Assembly: GCA_045617705.1 (NCBI GenBank)
Contig: JAZLJE010000212.1
Coordinates: 1-35,971, forward strand
Direction of reading: 5' to 3'
DNA from: Ruminococcus sp.
Lineage (GTDB): Bacteria; Bacillota; Clostridia; Oscillospirales; Acutalibacteraceae
DNA length: 35,971 bases
The position numbers and the translations under genes are program-made. Each line of letters opens with the position of its first letter. The stretch's first letter is position 1. The notes under the pieces are model-generated. The model searched no databases. It was not told where the DNA came from and saw nothing but the letters and a program-made list of their open reading frames with translations. Positions 1 through 11,200 of the stretch are shown in pieces.

Positions 1-131
1 ATGTTCAAAACGAAATTTATTGTCATTGTTCATCACCGCTTTGTTTTGTCTTGTTATAGTTATATGTCGAAACGCCCAATAACGCACCAAGAAAAACATC
101 TATTGCGGATAATGTCGCAACAATCTGTTCA
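1..131. repeat. 131-bp terminal overlap (identical to 35841-35971); circular contig of 35,840 bp
   Basis: atgttcaaaacgaaatttat...caatctgttca occurs at both ends, and reading frames continue across the junction. Confidence 0.95.
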
Positions 132-247
132 GCGTAGGGAATGCCCCAAGTACCGAATAGCGAACTAATCAGCACATTTAAGGCAGGCATAACTATAATT
201 ACTACCCATTTCAATATTTGATATGTTTTGTCTGATAATTTAATCAT
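23..247 (-). CDS. Holin, Dp-1-like
   Basis: 74 aa with two hydrophobic segments, a KLSDKTYQILKW...FLGALLGVST pattern and a charged C-terminus; upstream of the endolysin across the junction. Confidence 0.85.
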   Translation of the reverse strand: MIKLSDKTYQILKWVVIIVMPALNVLISSLFGTWGIPYAEQIVATLSAIDVFLGALLGVSTYNYNKTKQSGDEQ

Positions 248-263
248 TTAAATCAATCCTTTC

Positions 264-581
264 TTAATCATCTTTAATCGGTAAAAATTTTACCTTTTCG
301 TACATTCTCGTACCTGTTCCGTTACCGCCACACTCGTGATACGGCAAGTAAAGTTCGGTCAAGTTTTCAAACTCTGCTGATGATATGTAGCCATTGTTCA
401 AGGCTATTCGGCATTGTTCGTAAATGCGGAAATGTGCGATAGCAAGTAACAACTTCTTGTCAGTTTTGTTTTTTTCTTGCTTCTCTGCTTTTCGTTCTGC
501 TCTTGCTGATAGAAACGCCCAAAAGCCACTTGAAGCAAGCACCGAGCCGATAATTGTTAAAGATATTCCTAGCCAATCCAT
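264..581 (-). CDS. Lysis-module membrane protein (holin-like)
   Basis: N-terminal TM helix and a LYLPYHECGGNGTG motif typical of pre-holin genes in Firmicutes phages. Confidence 0.6.
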   Translation of the reverse strand: MDWLGISLTIIGSVLASSGFWAFLSARAERKAEKQEKNKTDKKLLLAIAHFRIYEQCRIALNNGYISSAEFENLTELYLPYHECGGNGTGTRMYEKVKFLPIKDD

Positions 582-739
582 TAAATCACCCCATATCTTT
601 CAAGCAAAGCCTTTACTTCTTCATTCTTCAACAACTTCTGCTGTTGACCTTTATTGAGATTATCATAAACCGTCTGCAAAGCAATTTTTGTTTCATTGAA
701 ATTTTTGTCACTTCTCTGTTTTAATTCCGATTTAGTCAT
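581..739 (-). CDS. Small hypothetical protein, 52 aa (MTKSELKQ...LERYGVI); not in ORF track
   Basis: Fills the gap exactly, with TGATG and TAATG stop/start overlaps on both sides. Confidence 0.7.
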   Translation of the reverse strand: MTKSELKQRSDKNFNETKIALQTVYDNLNKGQQQKLLKNEEVKALLERYGVI

Positions 740-1047
740 CACACACCCAACCTTTCCAGAGCCTCGATATAGTCTTGTTCCGTTGCCTGTTCTTCGGGTT
801 CTGGCGGAACAGGTTCAGAATAATCAAAAGTCACATCTGTTTCTTCGTATTCCTGCGTATTTTCAACATCAATCGGTGTCGGGTATAATTGTCCTGTTGA
901 TTTCTGTCGTACCATATAACCTTTTATCGGCTCATTTCCGTCTTTAAACTTTGGCTTTTTGGGATAGGGGAACTCGTCTCTGTCATCGTATGTAACAATC
1001 AACTTTACTCCGTCGTCTCGTGTCATATAATCTATTACTTGTATCAT
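739..1047 (-). CDS. Hypothetical tail-associated protein
   Basis: Start refined to ATG 1047 (GGAGG RBS, ATGA overlap with the LRR gene). Confidence 0.6.
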   Translation of the reverse strand: MIQVIDYMTRDDGVKLIVTYDDRDEFPYPKKPKFKDGNEPIKGYMVRQKSTGQLYPTPIDVENTQEYEETDVTFDYSEPVPPEPEEQATEQDYIEALERLGV

Positions 1048-2150
1048 AATTCTTCCTCCTGCGTTATGTGAACTAAACCGCAATAAACAGGCTGATTGTT
1101 TGCGTTTAAACCTCTTACAAGGATATGCGAACTTTCGTCAGTTCCCTCGAAACAACCAACATCTATAATCGTAATTGCCCCTGTTGAACTGTTTTGCGTG
1201 CAACCCGCTTCGTTTACTGATATAAAGTCCCAACTTACTATATCTGTCGCTGTTGGATTAGGCGTAAATGTTTCGTTTAACGCTATACTTGTTTCTTGTT
1301 CATAACCAAATATTCGGCTTGCAAGTGTACTCCAATTTGTTGCGGACTTGTATGTTTCTACTAATGCTGACGGCACATAAAATAATGTATTATTCGAAGT
1401 AAAAACATCAGTACTATATAAAGTTACAAATTCTTTGAAAATTAACGCTGTCATAGATGTGCAATTTTGAAATACCCCTCTATTTGTGAATTGCGTTAAA
1501 GATGGTAAAAACATAGACTTGAGCGAAGAGCAATTTAAAAAAACATACTCGCCCAGCAGAGTCACTTTCGGCAAGTTAAAATTTTTTAAAAGTAAGCACC
1601 CTGCAAAAACAGAGGTATTACTTGTTGTCAGCACAAGATTTAGCAAATTGAAATCGCTAACAAGAGAACTACAATTTTGAAACTGTTTATTTTCAGAAAT
1701 TGCTAAAATATTTTCAAAGTCGAGCCTAATTGTTGTCAACGAACTGCAATTATCGAACATAAGCGATTTTATTCCACTCGAAACCGAACTTAGGTCAATA
1801 TTTCTTATGTTTGTGCAACCATTGAAAATTCCGTCCCCGCCCAAAGTCACAACACTCGGCATATAAACTTCTTCTATCGTCAAATCATTATAAAAACTCT
1901 GTCTTACCAAATTGGTTAGATTAGGAAACCGTGCTATTTTGAACCCGAGTCCTCTAAATGAGGCTGAATAAGTTGTAACACCGCTTGTGTCTGCAACAAT
2001 ATCGGTTTCTTCGCCTGTTGGAATTGTATCAATATTATCAGCAAGGTGAGAACTGCCATTATTTGTTACAGTTCCGCCTTTTTCGATTATTTTTTCTTCG
2101 GCACTTTCTATGTCTTGATTTAATAAGACTAATTTTTCTGAAATGCTCAT
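1044..2150 (-). CDS. BspA/TpLRR-type leucine-rich-repeat protein, probable tail adhesin
   Basis: Repeated FxxCxxL units (FNGCTNI, FDNCSSL, FQNCSSL, FAGCLLL, FLNCSSL, FQNCTSM) and the cap FYVPSALVETYKSATNWS. Confidence 0.85.
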   Translation of the reverse strand: MSISEKLVLLNQDIESAEEKIIEKGGTVTNNGSSHLADNIDTIPTGEETDIVADTSGVTTYSASFRGLGFKIARFPNLTNLVRQSFYNDLTIEEVYMPSVVTLGGDGIFNGCTNIRNIDLSSVSSGIKSLMFDNCSSLTTIRLDFENILAISENKQFQNCSSLVSDFNLLNLVLTTSNTSVFAGCLLLKNFNLPKVTLLGEYVFLNCSSLKSMFLPSLTQFTNRGVFQNCTSMTALIFKEFVTLYSTDVFTSNNTLFYVPSALVETYKSATNWSTLASRIFGYEQETSIALNETFTPNPTATDIVSWDFISVNEAGCTQNSSTGAITIIDVGCFEGTDESSHILVRGLNANNQPVYCGLVHITQEEEL

Positions 2151-3862
2151 ACCGTAACACCTCTTATCTCATCAAGTGCAATTTCAATATTGCCCACAAC
2201 TGAATTTATATAAGTAACATCGTAAACTTCACCGCTCGTTGTGGATTGAGTTGACTTGACTTTGCTCTTTGGTAAATATCCCTCAACATTTGGATTTATT
2301 CTTCCTGTTGTTTCATCGTCCCACTCATACTCACAATGATATTGATTATGCACTAAAACATCTAATGAATAAGTCCCTGCTACATAATCACTTGATACTA
2401 CTTTTAAGTTGTTTTCCGAGCCGTACAAAGTCCAATGTAATACTTGCGGTATTCCTGCTCTATCGTCTGTATAAACTTGCCTTGCTATATCAACAGGCAA
2501 CGCTGGTAAGACTTTATCTTCATAAATGTATTGATAACTTCCTATCTCAACCACTTTTGCATTAGAATAAACATTGTTCAATTTGCCTGTTGTTTGGTCT
2601 ATTAAATAATCAACGGTATTCGGTTTTACTGTCTGCCGTGTATTTATCTGGTCTATCAATAACTTTATATTTGGATATTGAGTTACGCTCTGCGGATTTT
2701 GTACCTCGCTAATCTTATTTGATTTATCCTCTTTGTTTGATATATCGGGAGGTATAACTTCTTCTTTGTTCCAATGCTTAAAATTTACCGCCTGTTCGCT
2801 TGTATTTATATAGATAACACTATAATCTATTTCTGTATCTGTCGGGCTTACAAGATTTATGAACGCTCTGTAATTTACTCCGTCCTCAACATATCGGTAA
2901 ATCTTTCCACCATTCTTTATAAGTCCGCTTTCATTTAACAAAATATCATACTGTTCTTGTGTTAAAGTACCCTCTGTCCCGCTTAAAAATACTTCTTTCA
3001 AATGTGATGTTGTGTATTCAATAGAACCGTCAGCACCATAAATCAAAGTCATAATACCGAAATAATCAAATGAAATGCGGTCTAATGTTTCGGTGTCTGC
3101 ATTATCGACAACAAAGAACATCGTATCATAGCCTATTATAACATTGTCCCCTGCAAGAACTCCCAAATTTGCTTCTTCAATCTGTTCTTCACTCAACAAG
3201 GGAACTGTATGTCCATTTACTGTTGTGCTTTCGTCTGTGATAATTACAACTCTGTTTGCTTTTGATGTATTTAATAGGCTGTCTGCCTGTTGCCTTGCTG
3301 TGCTTTCAACTAATATAGCATTGTTTCTATCTATTACTTCTTGTTCTATTTTTTCATCAATATAGTCTTTTTCATCTGCAAGGTCGCTTTCGGTTACTAA
3401 CTTGTTTGTATTTTTATCATATCCCGATTTTGTATAAAGTTTTGCTATGTTGTTTTCAACTTGCGAAATGTCATCAACCGTGAAACCACCTAACCCCTCC
3501 GAAGTAGGAGGATTTACAGGAGCATTTGTATTAACATTATCTACTTCAAAAACAACTGAATTTGTAGAGCCTAATATATCACCTTTCGTAAATTCAACCC
3601 AAGCCCTTATATATCCTACACCGATAGTTAGAGAATTATCAACCTCAACTAATTGAGATACTGCGTTTTCTTTCTCTGCGTTCATAATCAACGGAAAATC
3701 ATACACTGATAAATTGACTTTAATTTTCAATGTTGCTGTATAATCGGAAAGTAAATCTCTATCAATTACTACCTTGATTTTTTCAAACTTGTTCTCTCCG
3801 ATTATCCATTGTCTTTGTTCGGAATATGCTTCCTTTTTACAATTTACATAAATCGTGTTCAT
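2147..3862 (-). CDS. Minor tail / baseplate fibre protein
   Basis: 571 aa in the tail-tip region; BppU-like beta-rich N-terminus followed by a coiled-coil segment. Confidence 0.55.
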   Translation of the reverse strand: MNTIYVNCKKEAYSEQRQWIIGENKFEKIKVVIDRDLLSDYTATLKIKVNLSVYDFPLIMNAEKENAVSQLVEVDNSLTIGVGYIRAWVEFTKGDILGSTNSVVFEVDNVNTNAPVNPPTSEGLGGFTVDDISQVENNIAKLYTKSGYDKNTNKLVTESDLADEKDYIDEKIEQEVIDRNNAILVESTARQQADSLLNTSKANRVVIITDESTTVNGHTVPLLSEEQIEEANLGVLAGDNVIIGYDTMFFVVDNADTETLDRISFDYFGIMTLIYGADGSIEYTTSHLKEVFLSGTEGTLTQEQYDILLNESGLIKNGGKIYRYVEDGVNYRAFINLVSPTDTEIDYSVIYINTSEQAVNFKHWNKEEVIPPDISNKEDKSNKISEVQNPQSVTQYPNIKLLIDQINTRQTVKPNTVDYLIDQTTGKLNNVYSNAKVVEIGSYQYIYEDKVLPALPVDIARQVYTDDRAGIPQVLHWTLYGSENNLKVVSSDYVAGTYSLDVLVHNQYHCEYEWDDETTGRINPNVEGYLPKSKVKSTQSTTSGEVYDVTYINSVVGNIEIALDEIRGVTV

Positions 3863-3912
3863 TGTGCCACCTCAAATTTATTTGAATATTGTTCCCAATT
3901 TTAAGTCATCTC

Positions 3913-6483
3913 TCATTCCCTCTGTTGAAGTGCCTGTTCGAGTTGCTCTATCCTATTTATAAGCGAGTTAATATCGGCTTGCTTGACAATCCCGTCTAAA
4001 TCTCCGAGTTGATTAATTGCAACACCGGGTTTTGTATGTGTACTTGTAATTTCGTTATTGTCAAGTCCTAAATAATCACCACATTCTACAGCGTTGCCGA
4101 AAATTTCAAAAGCATAATCCGACTTAACAATATCTACATTGATTGACTTTATATAGTCAATTAAATCTCTGATTATTTGCTCTTCGTTTATAGGAGTGCC
4201 GTCAAGGTCACAAAAAACATCATCATATTCGCTCGTATAAACATTTGCTGAGTGAGTCATAAAGATAAGCCAACCGTTATTACTAACAGCGTCATCAACG
4301 CAAGATTTTAACCACTCTAATACTGTTTCATCAGTAAAATAATATGGAAAGTCTTGACCTTGAAATGTTTTTTGACCGATTAAACTTGCGTCATATACAC
4401 CCGCACGACTTGAATAATAACCATACATAGCAATTCTATGTAAAAAATAATTAGCAACGCAACCGTAATTACTCAATGCTTTATTAGAACCTGTTCGCAT
4501 TGCATATTTGTAATACCTCGAAACAACATCTCGGACTTCTTCATTTGAATACCCCGAAGCATAAACTAATCCAGTTGGGTATATTCCCCTTTTTGTCAGG
4601 TTATAATAACTTGACTCAACATAATTTATCAGGTCTTGACCTGTTTTTTGTGTTAGAGGTGTCCCCGTGTGGGCAAGAACACCTGCACCCTCAAAAGGAT
4701 TTTTCTCGGTGTATTGACTATCAACATCTCGATAGTCAATCATCTCTTGTAATTGATTATATTTCATCAAATTGTGAAAACGGTAGTCTTTATCCACCAT
4801 TAAATCGTATGGTGCTTCGCTACTCTCATACGCTATATCAAATGGTATTTTCTTTTCTTTCATTATGTCAAAAATCAGCGTATAAGCAGATAAGTAACCA
4901 TCATCATCAACGAAACTAACAAGAGGAGTTCTTTGACGACTGCCAGTAATTATGTCTTTATGAGTATTGATTTTTTCATTTAGTTTAAGTTCATTCGCAA
5001 TATTGACCTGCGATAATTCTCGCACAACGCTATATGCTACACTTGATGTAGGATTTACTCTGCAAGTAACTGCCATATAAACAGCGTTTTTAGGTGCTGT
5101 AGTAAAATAGTCTGTAACATATCTGCTGTCAGAAACAATCCCTGCCAACTCTGTGTTTATGACAGCATTATCTTCATCGACATAGGCAAGAGCAACATTT
5201 GATTGAGAACCAAAGAACACATAAGTCGATACATCATAAGTAAAACCCGATATGATAGGATAGTAATGGGTTCTGTAATCATTATTTGCCGAGAAAGTTT
5301 TGTTAGTTTTGTAAAAACCATTTGCGGTCTTACTATCATCAAATTGTATTGTTTTAATTACATCGGAAATTTGTCTTTGTATATTGCAATCAAATTCTTG
5401 ATAACCTACACTGTTAATTTTTGTTGGAAGTTCTGAAATTGAATTTAGTTCTTCTTGCAAACCCTCAACACTATCAATAGTAACCATAACTTTATACGGC
5501 TCGTAAGGTGTGGCGATTTCTCCGTATTCAATTTGGATGTTGTAAACATCTGTGATAGAAGTCACTTCTCCAAGAACAATTCTAATATATTCTGTACCCT
5601 CTGGCGTAGTATGGCTATATCCACCTTGCTCGTAAGATATAAAATTTTTGTTTTCATCATAATAGAAATATTTTCTTGATGATAGCGAGGATAAATCTTG
5701 TAATTGATATGATAATCTGTAAGTTTTGTCTGTTTCAATCTTAATAAAACCACTTCTTATCAATGTGCTTGAACTTTTTTCGCTTCCGTCTGCGTTTCTT
5801 AATTCACCAAATTCCATTTCCGAATTAAAAATATTTTTTCCTACTACAAATTTAGGAACATCAGATTTTGTTAGATATTCTTTTAAAATAGTTTTTATTG
5901 TATCTGTGGTTAATATTTCTTTCCAAATATAAGTAGATGTATCATCATTTGCAGACACGCAATAAAACAATCTACTTGTTAAAGAAGAATATCTTAACTC
6001 TCCTGTTACACCTCTTGTAGTTGTACCAACAGGAATTACATTTGAAAAAGTAATATGTGAAAAATTCTCTAATACCGCTTTTTCACTCAATACATAATCG
6101 TCAGAAGTTGTATGATTAAGTCCTGTATCAATATTTATTGAACTGCCACCATTGATTTTCACCCACTTTTCACCCTGTGGGTTACTATTATTAAATACAT
6201 ACAAATCATTTGTGCTTGTTCTAAAATAGGTATCTTTTGTATTATATGTTATGCTTTCTTCGGGTAAACCTGCCCCCTCATAAGTTCCAGAAATACCAAG
6301 TCCGTCACGCACTTGCTTTGCTGTTTTGTTGCTTGATAAATCAAAACTGCCTAATGTTCGTGTCATAGGAACTTTTCCTGTGTCTAATTCCGCTATTCCA
6401 CTATCCATTATGTTGAGATTTTCTGCACTTAACGGAGTACCACCCTCCGAGCCGTCATTCCAATATATTCTATCGTATGCCAT
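3913..6483 (-). CDS. Tail spike-like protein with C-terminal NodB/CE4 polysaccharide deacetylase domain
   Basis: N-terminal TPLSAENLNIMDSGI anchor; CE4-like motifs SFVDDDG, AHT, VYASG and WLIFMTH. Confidence 0.75.
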   Translation of the reverse strand: MAYDRIYWNDGSEGGTPLSAENLNIMDSGIAELDTGKVPMTRTLGSFDLSSNKTAKQVRDGLGISGTYEGAGLPEESITYNTKDTYFRTSTNDLYVFNNSNPQGEKWVKINGGSSINIDTGLNHTTSDDYVLSEKAVLENFSHITFSNVIPVGTTTRGVTGELRYSSLTSRLFYCVSANDDTSTYIWKEILTTDTIKTILKEYLTKSDVPKFVVGKNIFNSEMEFGELRNADGSEKSSSTLIRSGFIKIETDKTYRLSYQLQDLSSLSSRKYFYYDENKNFISYEQGGYSHTTPEGTEYIRIVLGEVTSITDVYNIQIEYGEIATPYEPYKVMVTIDSVEGLQEELNSISELPTKINSVGYQEFDCNIQRQISDVIKTIQFDDSKTANGFYKTNKTFSANNDYRTHYYPIISGFTYDVSTYVFFGSQSNVALAYVDEDNAVINTELAGIVSDSRYVTDYFTTAPKNAVYMAVTCRVNPTSSVAYSVVRELSQVNIANELKLNEKINTHKDIITGSRQRTPLVSFVDDDGYLSAYTLIFDIMKEKKIPFDIAYESSEAPYDLMVDKDYRFHNLMKYNQLQEMIDYRDVDSQYTEKNPFEGAGVLAHTGTPLTQKTGQDLINYVESSYYNLTKRGIYPTGLVYASGYSNEEVRDVVSRYYKYAMRTGSNKALSNYGCVANYFLHRIAMYGYYSSRAGVYDASLIGQKTFQGQDFPYYFTDETVLEWLKSCVDDAVSNNGWLIFMTHSANVYTSEYDDVFCDLDGTPINEEQIIRDLIDYIKSINVDIVKSDYAFEIFGNAVECGDYLGLDNNEITSTHTKPGVAINQLGDLDGIVKQADINSLINRIEQLEQALQQRE

Positions 6484-6486
6484 TTT

Positions 6487-7785
6487 TTACTCACCTTTCA
6501 TATAATTCATTAAAGCAATAATTCCTGTCAATTCTTGACTTAATATGTATGTTGTATAGACTTCTGTTTCAATTTCTCCCTCATCATCTACAACAAATGA
6601 GCCGTCGGGATTTATCTTATAATACACAATATTGATTTTATCGCCAACTTCTAACCACGGCATACCCTGTGCGTTTATTTCATATTTTATGCCTTGTCTT
6701 AAAAATCGGTTTTTTACTGTGTCGGTCATATAAATTCCATACATTCTACCACTTGTCGGACTTCCTCCCGAACTATCATCAAACATAAACGGATTATTTA
6801 CTAAATTGTATTCTTTTTCAATATCCGCTTCGCTATCAAGTGATAATCCCGTTGTCTTTGTATCTGTGCCTTGATTTACTCCCCTAACTGCATTAAATTC
6901 ACCTAAATTTTCATCATACTTGTAGAAACTTTCGTAAATCTCAATCGTTTCTCCATCTTGCTCTGTTCCGTTATCTTTTCCAAGACTTATTACTTCCAAT
7001 TTCCCTAATACATCGCCAAATGAAGTTGTTGTTGCTGTCGCAGTAGGTTTTACCATAATGTAAAATCCAAAACATTCTGCTATGTTTTTCAGAACTTCAC
7101 CTATTGAAGCATTTTTATAGTCCCATTCACTCTGACTGTTCAAAATGTATGTCGCTGTAATTTCTTCCCCTGTGTTTAACATTTCACCAAAATATGCCGT
7201 TTCTAAATAACCATTGAAATTGTCTGTGTGCGGTATGTTAAAGCCTGTTGAAGTAAAAAACAAAGTATTAAAAAATGAACTTATCGGTATGTTACCACCA
7301 TATCCAGAAACAGAATTTGCAAAGTTTTTGTTCCACAAATCGTGCAATAAATCATACGCTATGACTTCAAACTTATTATCATCATTCTTTGTTCTTATTA
7401 CGCTGTCTATCTTCCCACTGAACAATAAAAACTCGTGTGTTTTCTTAACTTCGTTTGGAAACAAATTCGGACTCGGAAATAAAGTTTCACTCGGATATAA
7501 TTCTTCGTCTGCCTTGTATGTGGATTTCAAATAAACATTTATCCATTTGCCTATTAAATCATTTGAAAACTGTCTTTCCGTTGTATTGAATAACTGTATT
7601 GTGAATTTACTTGCTACACAGCCACCGAAAGTCTTATCATCACTCACAGATTGATTTAATATCATACTTTCAGCCTCAATGTTCGCTGATGTTATTTCTG
7701 CGGTATTTTCTAACGGAAATCTAATTATCAACTCATTTGTTATGAATTTGTTTAGATACAATTCTTTATCTTCAAAATCTTTCAT
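6487..7785 (-). CDS. Baseplate hub / Tal-like tail protein
   Basis: Position after the distal tail gene; FGGCVASKF and GMPWLEVGD motifs. Confidence 0.6.
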   Translation of the reverse strand: MKDFEDKELYLNKFITNELIIRFPLENTAEITSANIEAESMILNQSVSDDKTFGGCVASKFTIQLFNTTERQFSNDLIGKWINVYLKSTYKADEELYPSETLFPSPNLFPNEVKKTHEFLLFSGKIDSVIRTKNDDNKFEVIAYDLLHDLWNKNFANSVSGYGGNIPISSFFNTLFFTSTGFNIPHTDNFNGYLETAYFGEMLNTGEEITATYILNSQSEWDYKNASIGEVLKNIAECFGFYIMVKPTATATTTSFGDVLGKLEVISLGKDNGTEQDGETIEIYESFYKYDENLGEFNAVRGVNQGTDTKTTGLSLDSEADIEKEYNLVNNPFMFDDSSGGSPTSGRMYGIYMTDTVKNRFLRQGIKYEINAQGMPWLEVGDKINIVYYKINPDGSFVVDDEGEIETEVYTTYILSQELTGIIALMNYMKGE

Positions 7786-7793
7786 ATTTCACC

Positions 7794-8210
7794 TTAATAC
7801 ATTATAAATTCTATATCCATTTCATTGTAATATAACTTGTTGTTTTTTATACAAGAAATGTTATATGTTTCATCGACCTTGTAAAAGAAACCTAAATCAG
7901 CATATCCATTCAAATTAGGTTTATACATACGGATTGTTAGTTTTGCTTCTTGTAAATTAGAAATGCAAGTCCTAAACCAATTCTGCACTACTTCCATTTC
8001 ATCTTGTGTCATTTTAACAAGAGTAAATTTTATATCTGCTTTCCTATTCGGTGATGTTTTTCTTCTCAAATAGTTTGTGCCGTCCCTGTATGCCTGTAAC
8101 TCCGTTCTCAATTCGGGTGATAATGATACACTATCTTTTTTTATAAACTGATGTGGAAACGGAATATAATTGTTACCCGATTTTCCATAAAGTAAATATC
8201 CGTTAAACAT
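7794..8210 (-). CDS. Distal tail (Dit-like) protein
   Basis: 138 aa directly after the tape measure gene; RDGTNYLRR motif. Confidence 0.55.
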   Translation of the reverse strand: MFNGYLLYGKSGNNYIPFPHQFIKKDSVSLSPELRTELQAYRDGTNYLRRKTSPNRKADIKFTLVKMTQDEMEVVQNWFRTCISNLQEAKLTIRMYKPNLNGYADLGFFYKVDETYNISCIKNNKLYYNEMDIEFIMY

Positions 8211-8214
8211 AATA

Positions 8215-11200
8215 TCACCTCTTTGCTAACGCTGAATATCCGTGTGTGCTTATAAATTCATTGTTTCTATCAACTACTGAATTAAACACTTCTTTGCTGT
8301 CTAAATAGATATGTAAATCAATAGAGCCTGTTCCTGCTACCTCTTTTACTGCCTGTTTTATTGCAGAAATAGGAGAAACTACTTCGGGTTCTCGCCTATT
8401 GTCGCCTAACTCTGCCAAAAATGAGCCATAATTCGCAGGTATATACATTCCTGTTGCTAACTTCGGAACATAAGGTGCTGACATATACGGTAAGTTATTA
8501 AAAGGTCTTCTGCCGTTCAAAGTCCAATTACGCAGATTGTCAAAAGCCCTGTTCAAATCACTAAAAGCAATATCTAATGTATTATTCAATCCGTCTATCA
8601 ACTGATTTATGATAATTCTAAAAGTATCTTCTACTGAATATAAGATAGAGCCTACTCCCCGTCTGTCGCTGAATACTTTTTTAACTCTATCCCAAGCGTT
8701 TTTGAAAACATCAGATAACAATGTCGGAATATCTTTTACTGCTCTCAATAATCCCTCTTTTAAGGAATTTCCCAACAACTGTCCATTCTTAAACGAATTT
8801 GTTACTGCGTCAAAAGTGACTACTGTTTTTCCATTGATTTTTTCTTTTGTTGCGTTATCAATAAATCCTTCATTAAATTGTTTTCCAAGTCCTTGTCCTG
8901 CTGTTTCATATCCGTCACCTGCAAGAACCTCATCAACGCTTTTGTCTAATTTAACTGCTGTTTTAAAGCCTTCTTTTACATTACCACCTACTCCTTCGCC
9001 TATTGCTTTTGCTTTTGGTGCTGTTTCTTTTACTGCTGTTTCTTCATTTCCAAATAGTTGGTCGAACAATACCTGCAACATACTTGTTACGGTAGAGCCT
9101 ACTCCTATACCTTTAATTGTGCTTTCACCATTATCCCCTATCAAAATTTTTCCTAACTTTTGATACCAAGTTTCGCCTAAATTTTCCTTTATCTTCCAAA
9201 CTACATCATCAACTTTTTTCTTTATTCCCTCATATCCATTTTGAACACCGAGCCATATTTCCGCTAATCTTCCCCAATCAACTGTTTCACTTTCTAAAAA
9301 GCCTTCAATTAAAGCGGTAATATCTTCTGTTACTACTTTTATTGTGTTCAATATATTATTTACAAACGCTTCATCACTCAATACGCCACTTATTACATCT
9401 CCTACCTTGCTACCGACTTTCTTCCATTCGTTTACATCGCCTACACTTTCAAAGAAATTGCGTATTAAATCTACTATCGCTGTAATAATGGATTTAATTG
9501 TTTCTGCAACTTCTTTCGGGTCAAGATTATCAATAAATCTCTTAAATGCTGTGCCTAATGCTTTACCGATAGATTGAAATAGTGTAGTACCGTTTTCGTC
9601 TACTGTGGTAGTTGCTATTGTAATAACTGTCTGCATTATTCCCGATATTGTTTCGGAAACCGCGTCAACAAATTCTGTAACTTTTAAATTTGTAATTAAA
9701 GTGTTTACACCGTCAACAATAGCCTCGCCTAATGCTTTCCAACCGCCCTCTTTTGTGAATTTAGAAACAAATCCTGCTGACGATTTTATTATCATATTTA
9801 TTAAATTCGCTATATATCTGCCATATTCTTTCGGGTTTACTGAATTTAGCCAACTAACAAATGCCTGTGCTATTGCTTCGCCAAATCCGTAAAAATCAAA
9901 TGTTTCAAGGAAAGTGTTTGCTGTATTCAAATATGTGTTTATTGCTTCTGCTATTGATTTACCTACTACTTTCCAATTCGTACCTTTAATAAATCCATTT
10001 AATATATCAGCCAAATTTTCCGCTATATTCTTTAACTTTGCTTTAATATTAGTCCAATTTATCTTTGCAAGTGCATTTGATATAGAATTACCTATTTCTT
10101 CGCCAACCGAAAACCAATCGCCCCTACGGATTGCTTCTTTTATTTTCGTTATAAGGCTTGTTCCTGCTATATTCTTAATCGCTAACGAAACACTCTGTTG
10201 TAACCCTTTTGTAGTATCTACTGACTTTGTTTCCTGCTGATTTAATACATTCAATTTATCAAAACTTGCTAAACCGTTCTTTGTTTCATCTAATGTATCA
10301 TTCAAGTCAGATAAACTGTCATTTGCATTGTCCGAACTTAAAGAAACACCGTCTAAACCTTTTGCCAATGACGAACTGTCTCCAAAAATAGCAGATGTTA
10401 TCTGTGCTACATATCCTGCAATTTCCTGTAATATCTTCAAAGCGTAATTCATTATCTCTAAAAACGGATAAAAAACATTCTGCAAGGATTTTCCTACTGT
10501 TGCGGATAATAACTGCCACCTTGTTTTTACTTCGGTCAACAATATCGCCCATTTGCTTGTTTCATCATTCGCTGATGTCATAAAGTCAACAAATGATGTC
10601 CCTTTAATCTCTAACAAATCGGAAATAAAACTGCCCAATGTGGAAGATAAAGAAGAAATTGTGCTTACTATCTGTTTTATTCTGTTTACAGATAAAGTGA
10701 AAATTCCCTCTACAATATTTAGTAAAGTTTTGCCTAAATATTCGCCAATCTTTTTTAGATTTTTCAGCATTTCTTCTCTTTGCTTTTTGATTTTCTCAAT
10801 CAACGCAGAAATACCTTTAATCGCTAAATCAATACCAAGCATTATGCCAAGCGACAATGCAAGGCTTTTTGCCATATTCTTTTTTTTCTCTAATGCTAAT
10901 AACTGTTCTTGCTGAACTTTTTGAATTTTTAATTGTGCTTGCTGTTCTTTAAGTTTTATAGTCTGTTTATCTAATATTAAATTCGCTTCTTTCTTTTTTA
11001 CATTTATAGCATTTTCTTGTGCGATAAGTTCTTCATATTGCGGTCTTGCCTTGTACGATACTATTCTTTCTCCGTCAACCACAGGAGCAACTTTGTTGAG
11101 TTTTTTAGTGATTGCTTCTTGTTCTTCTGCATAACTCAATAACTTTGCCTTTTGCTTTTCTATATTTGCACTTGTGATAGAAATTTTATTATTGAGAGAG

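Noticed and set aside
1-131. Biological direct terminal repeat or att site
   Set aside because: It cuts through the holin gene and is best explained as assembler overlap of a circularly permuted genome.
1044-6483. Diversity-generating retroelement acting on tail genes
   Set aside because: No reverse transcriptase and no template/variable repeat pair seen.
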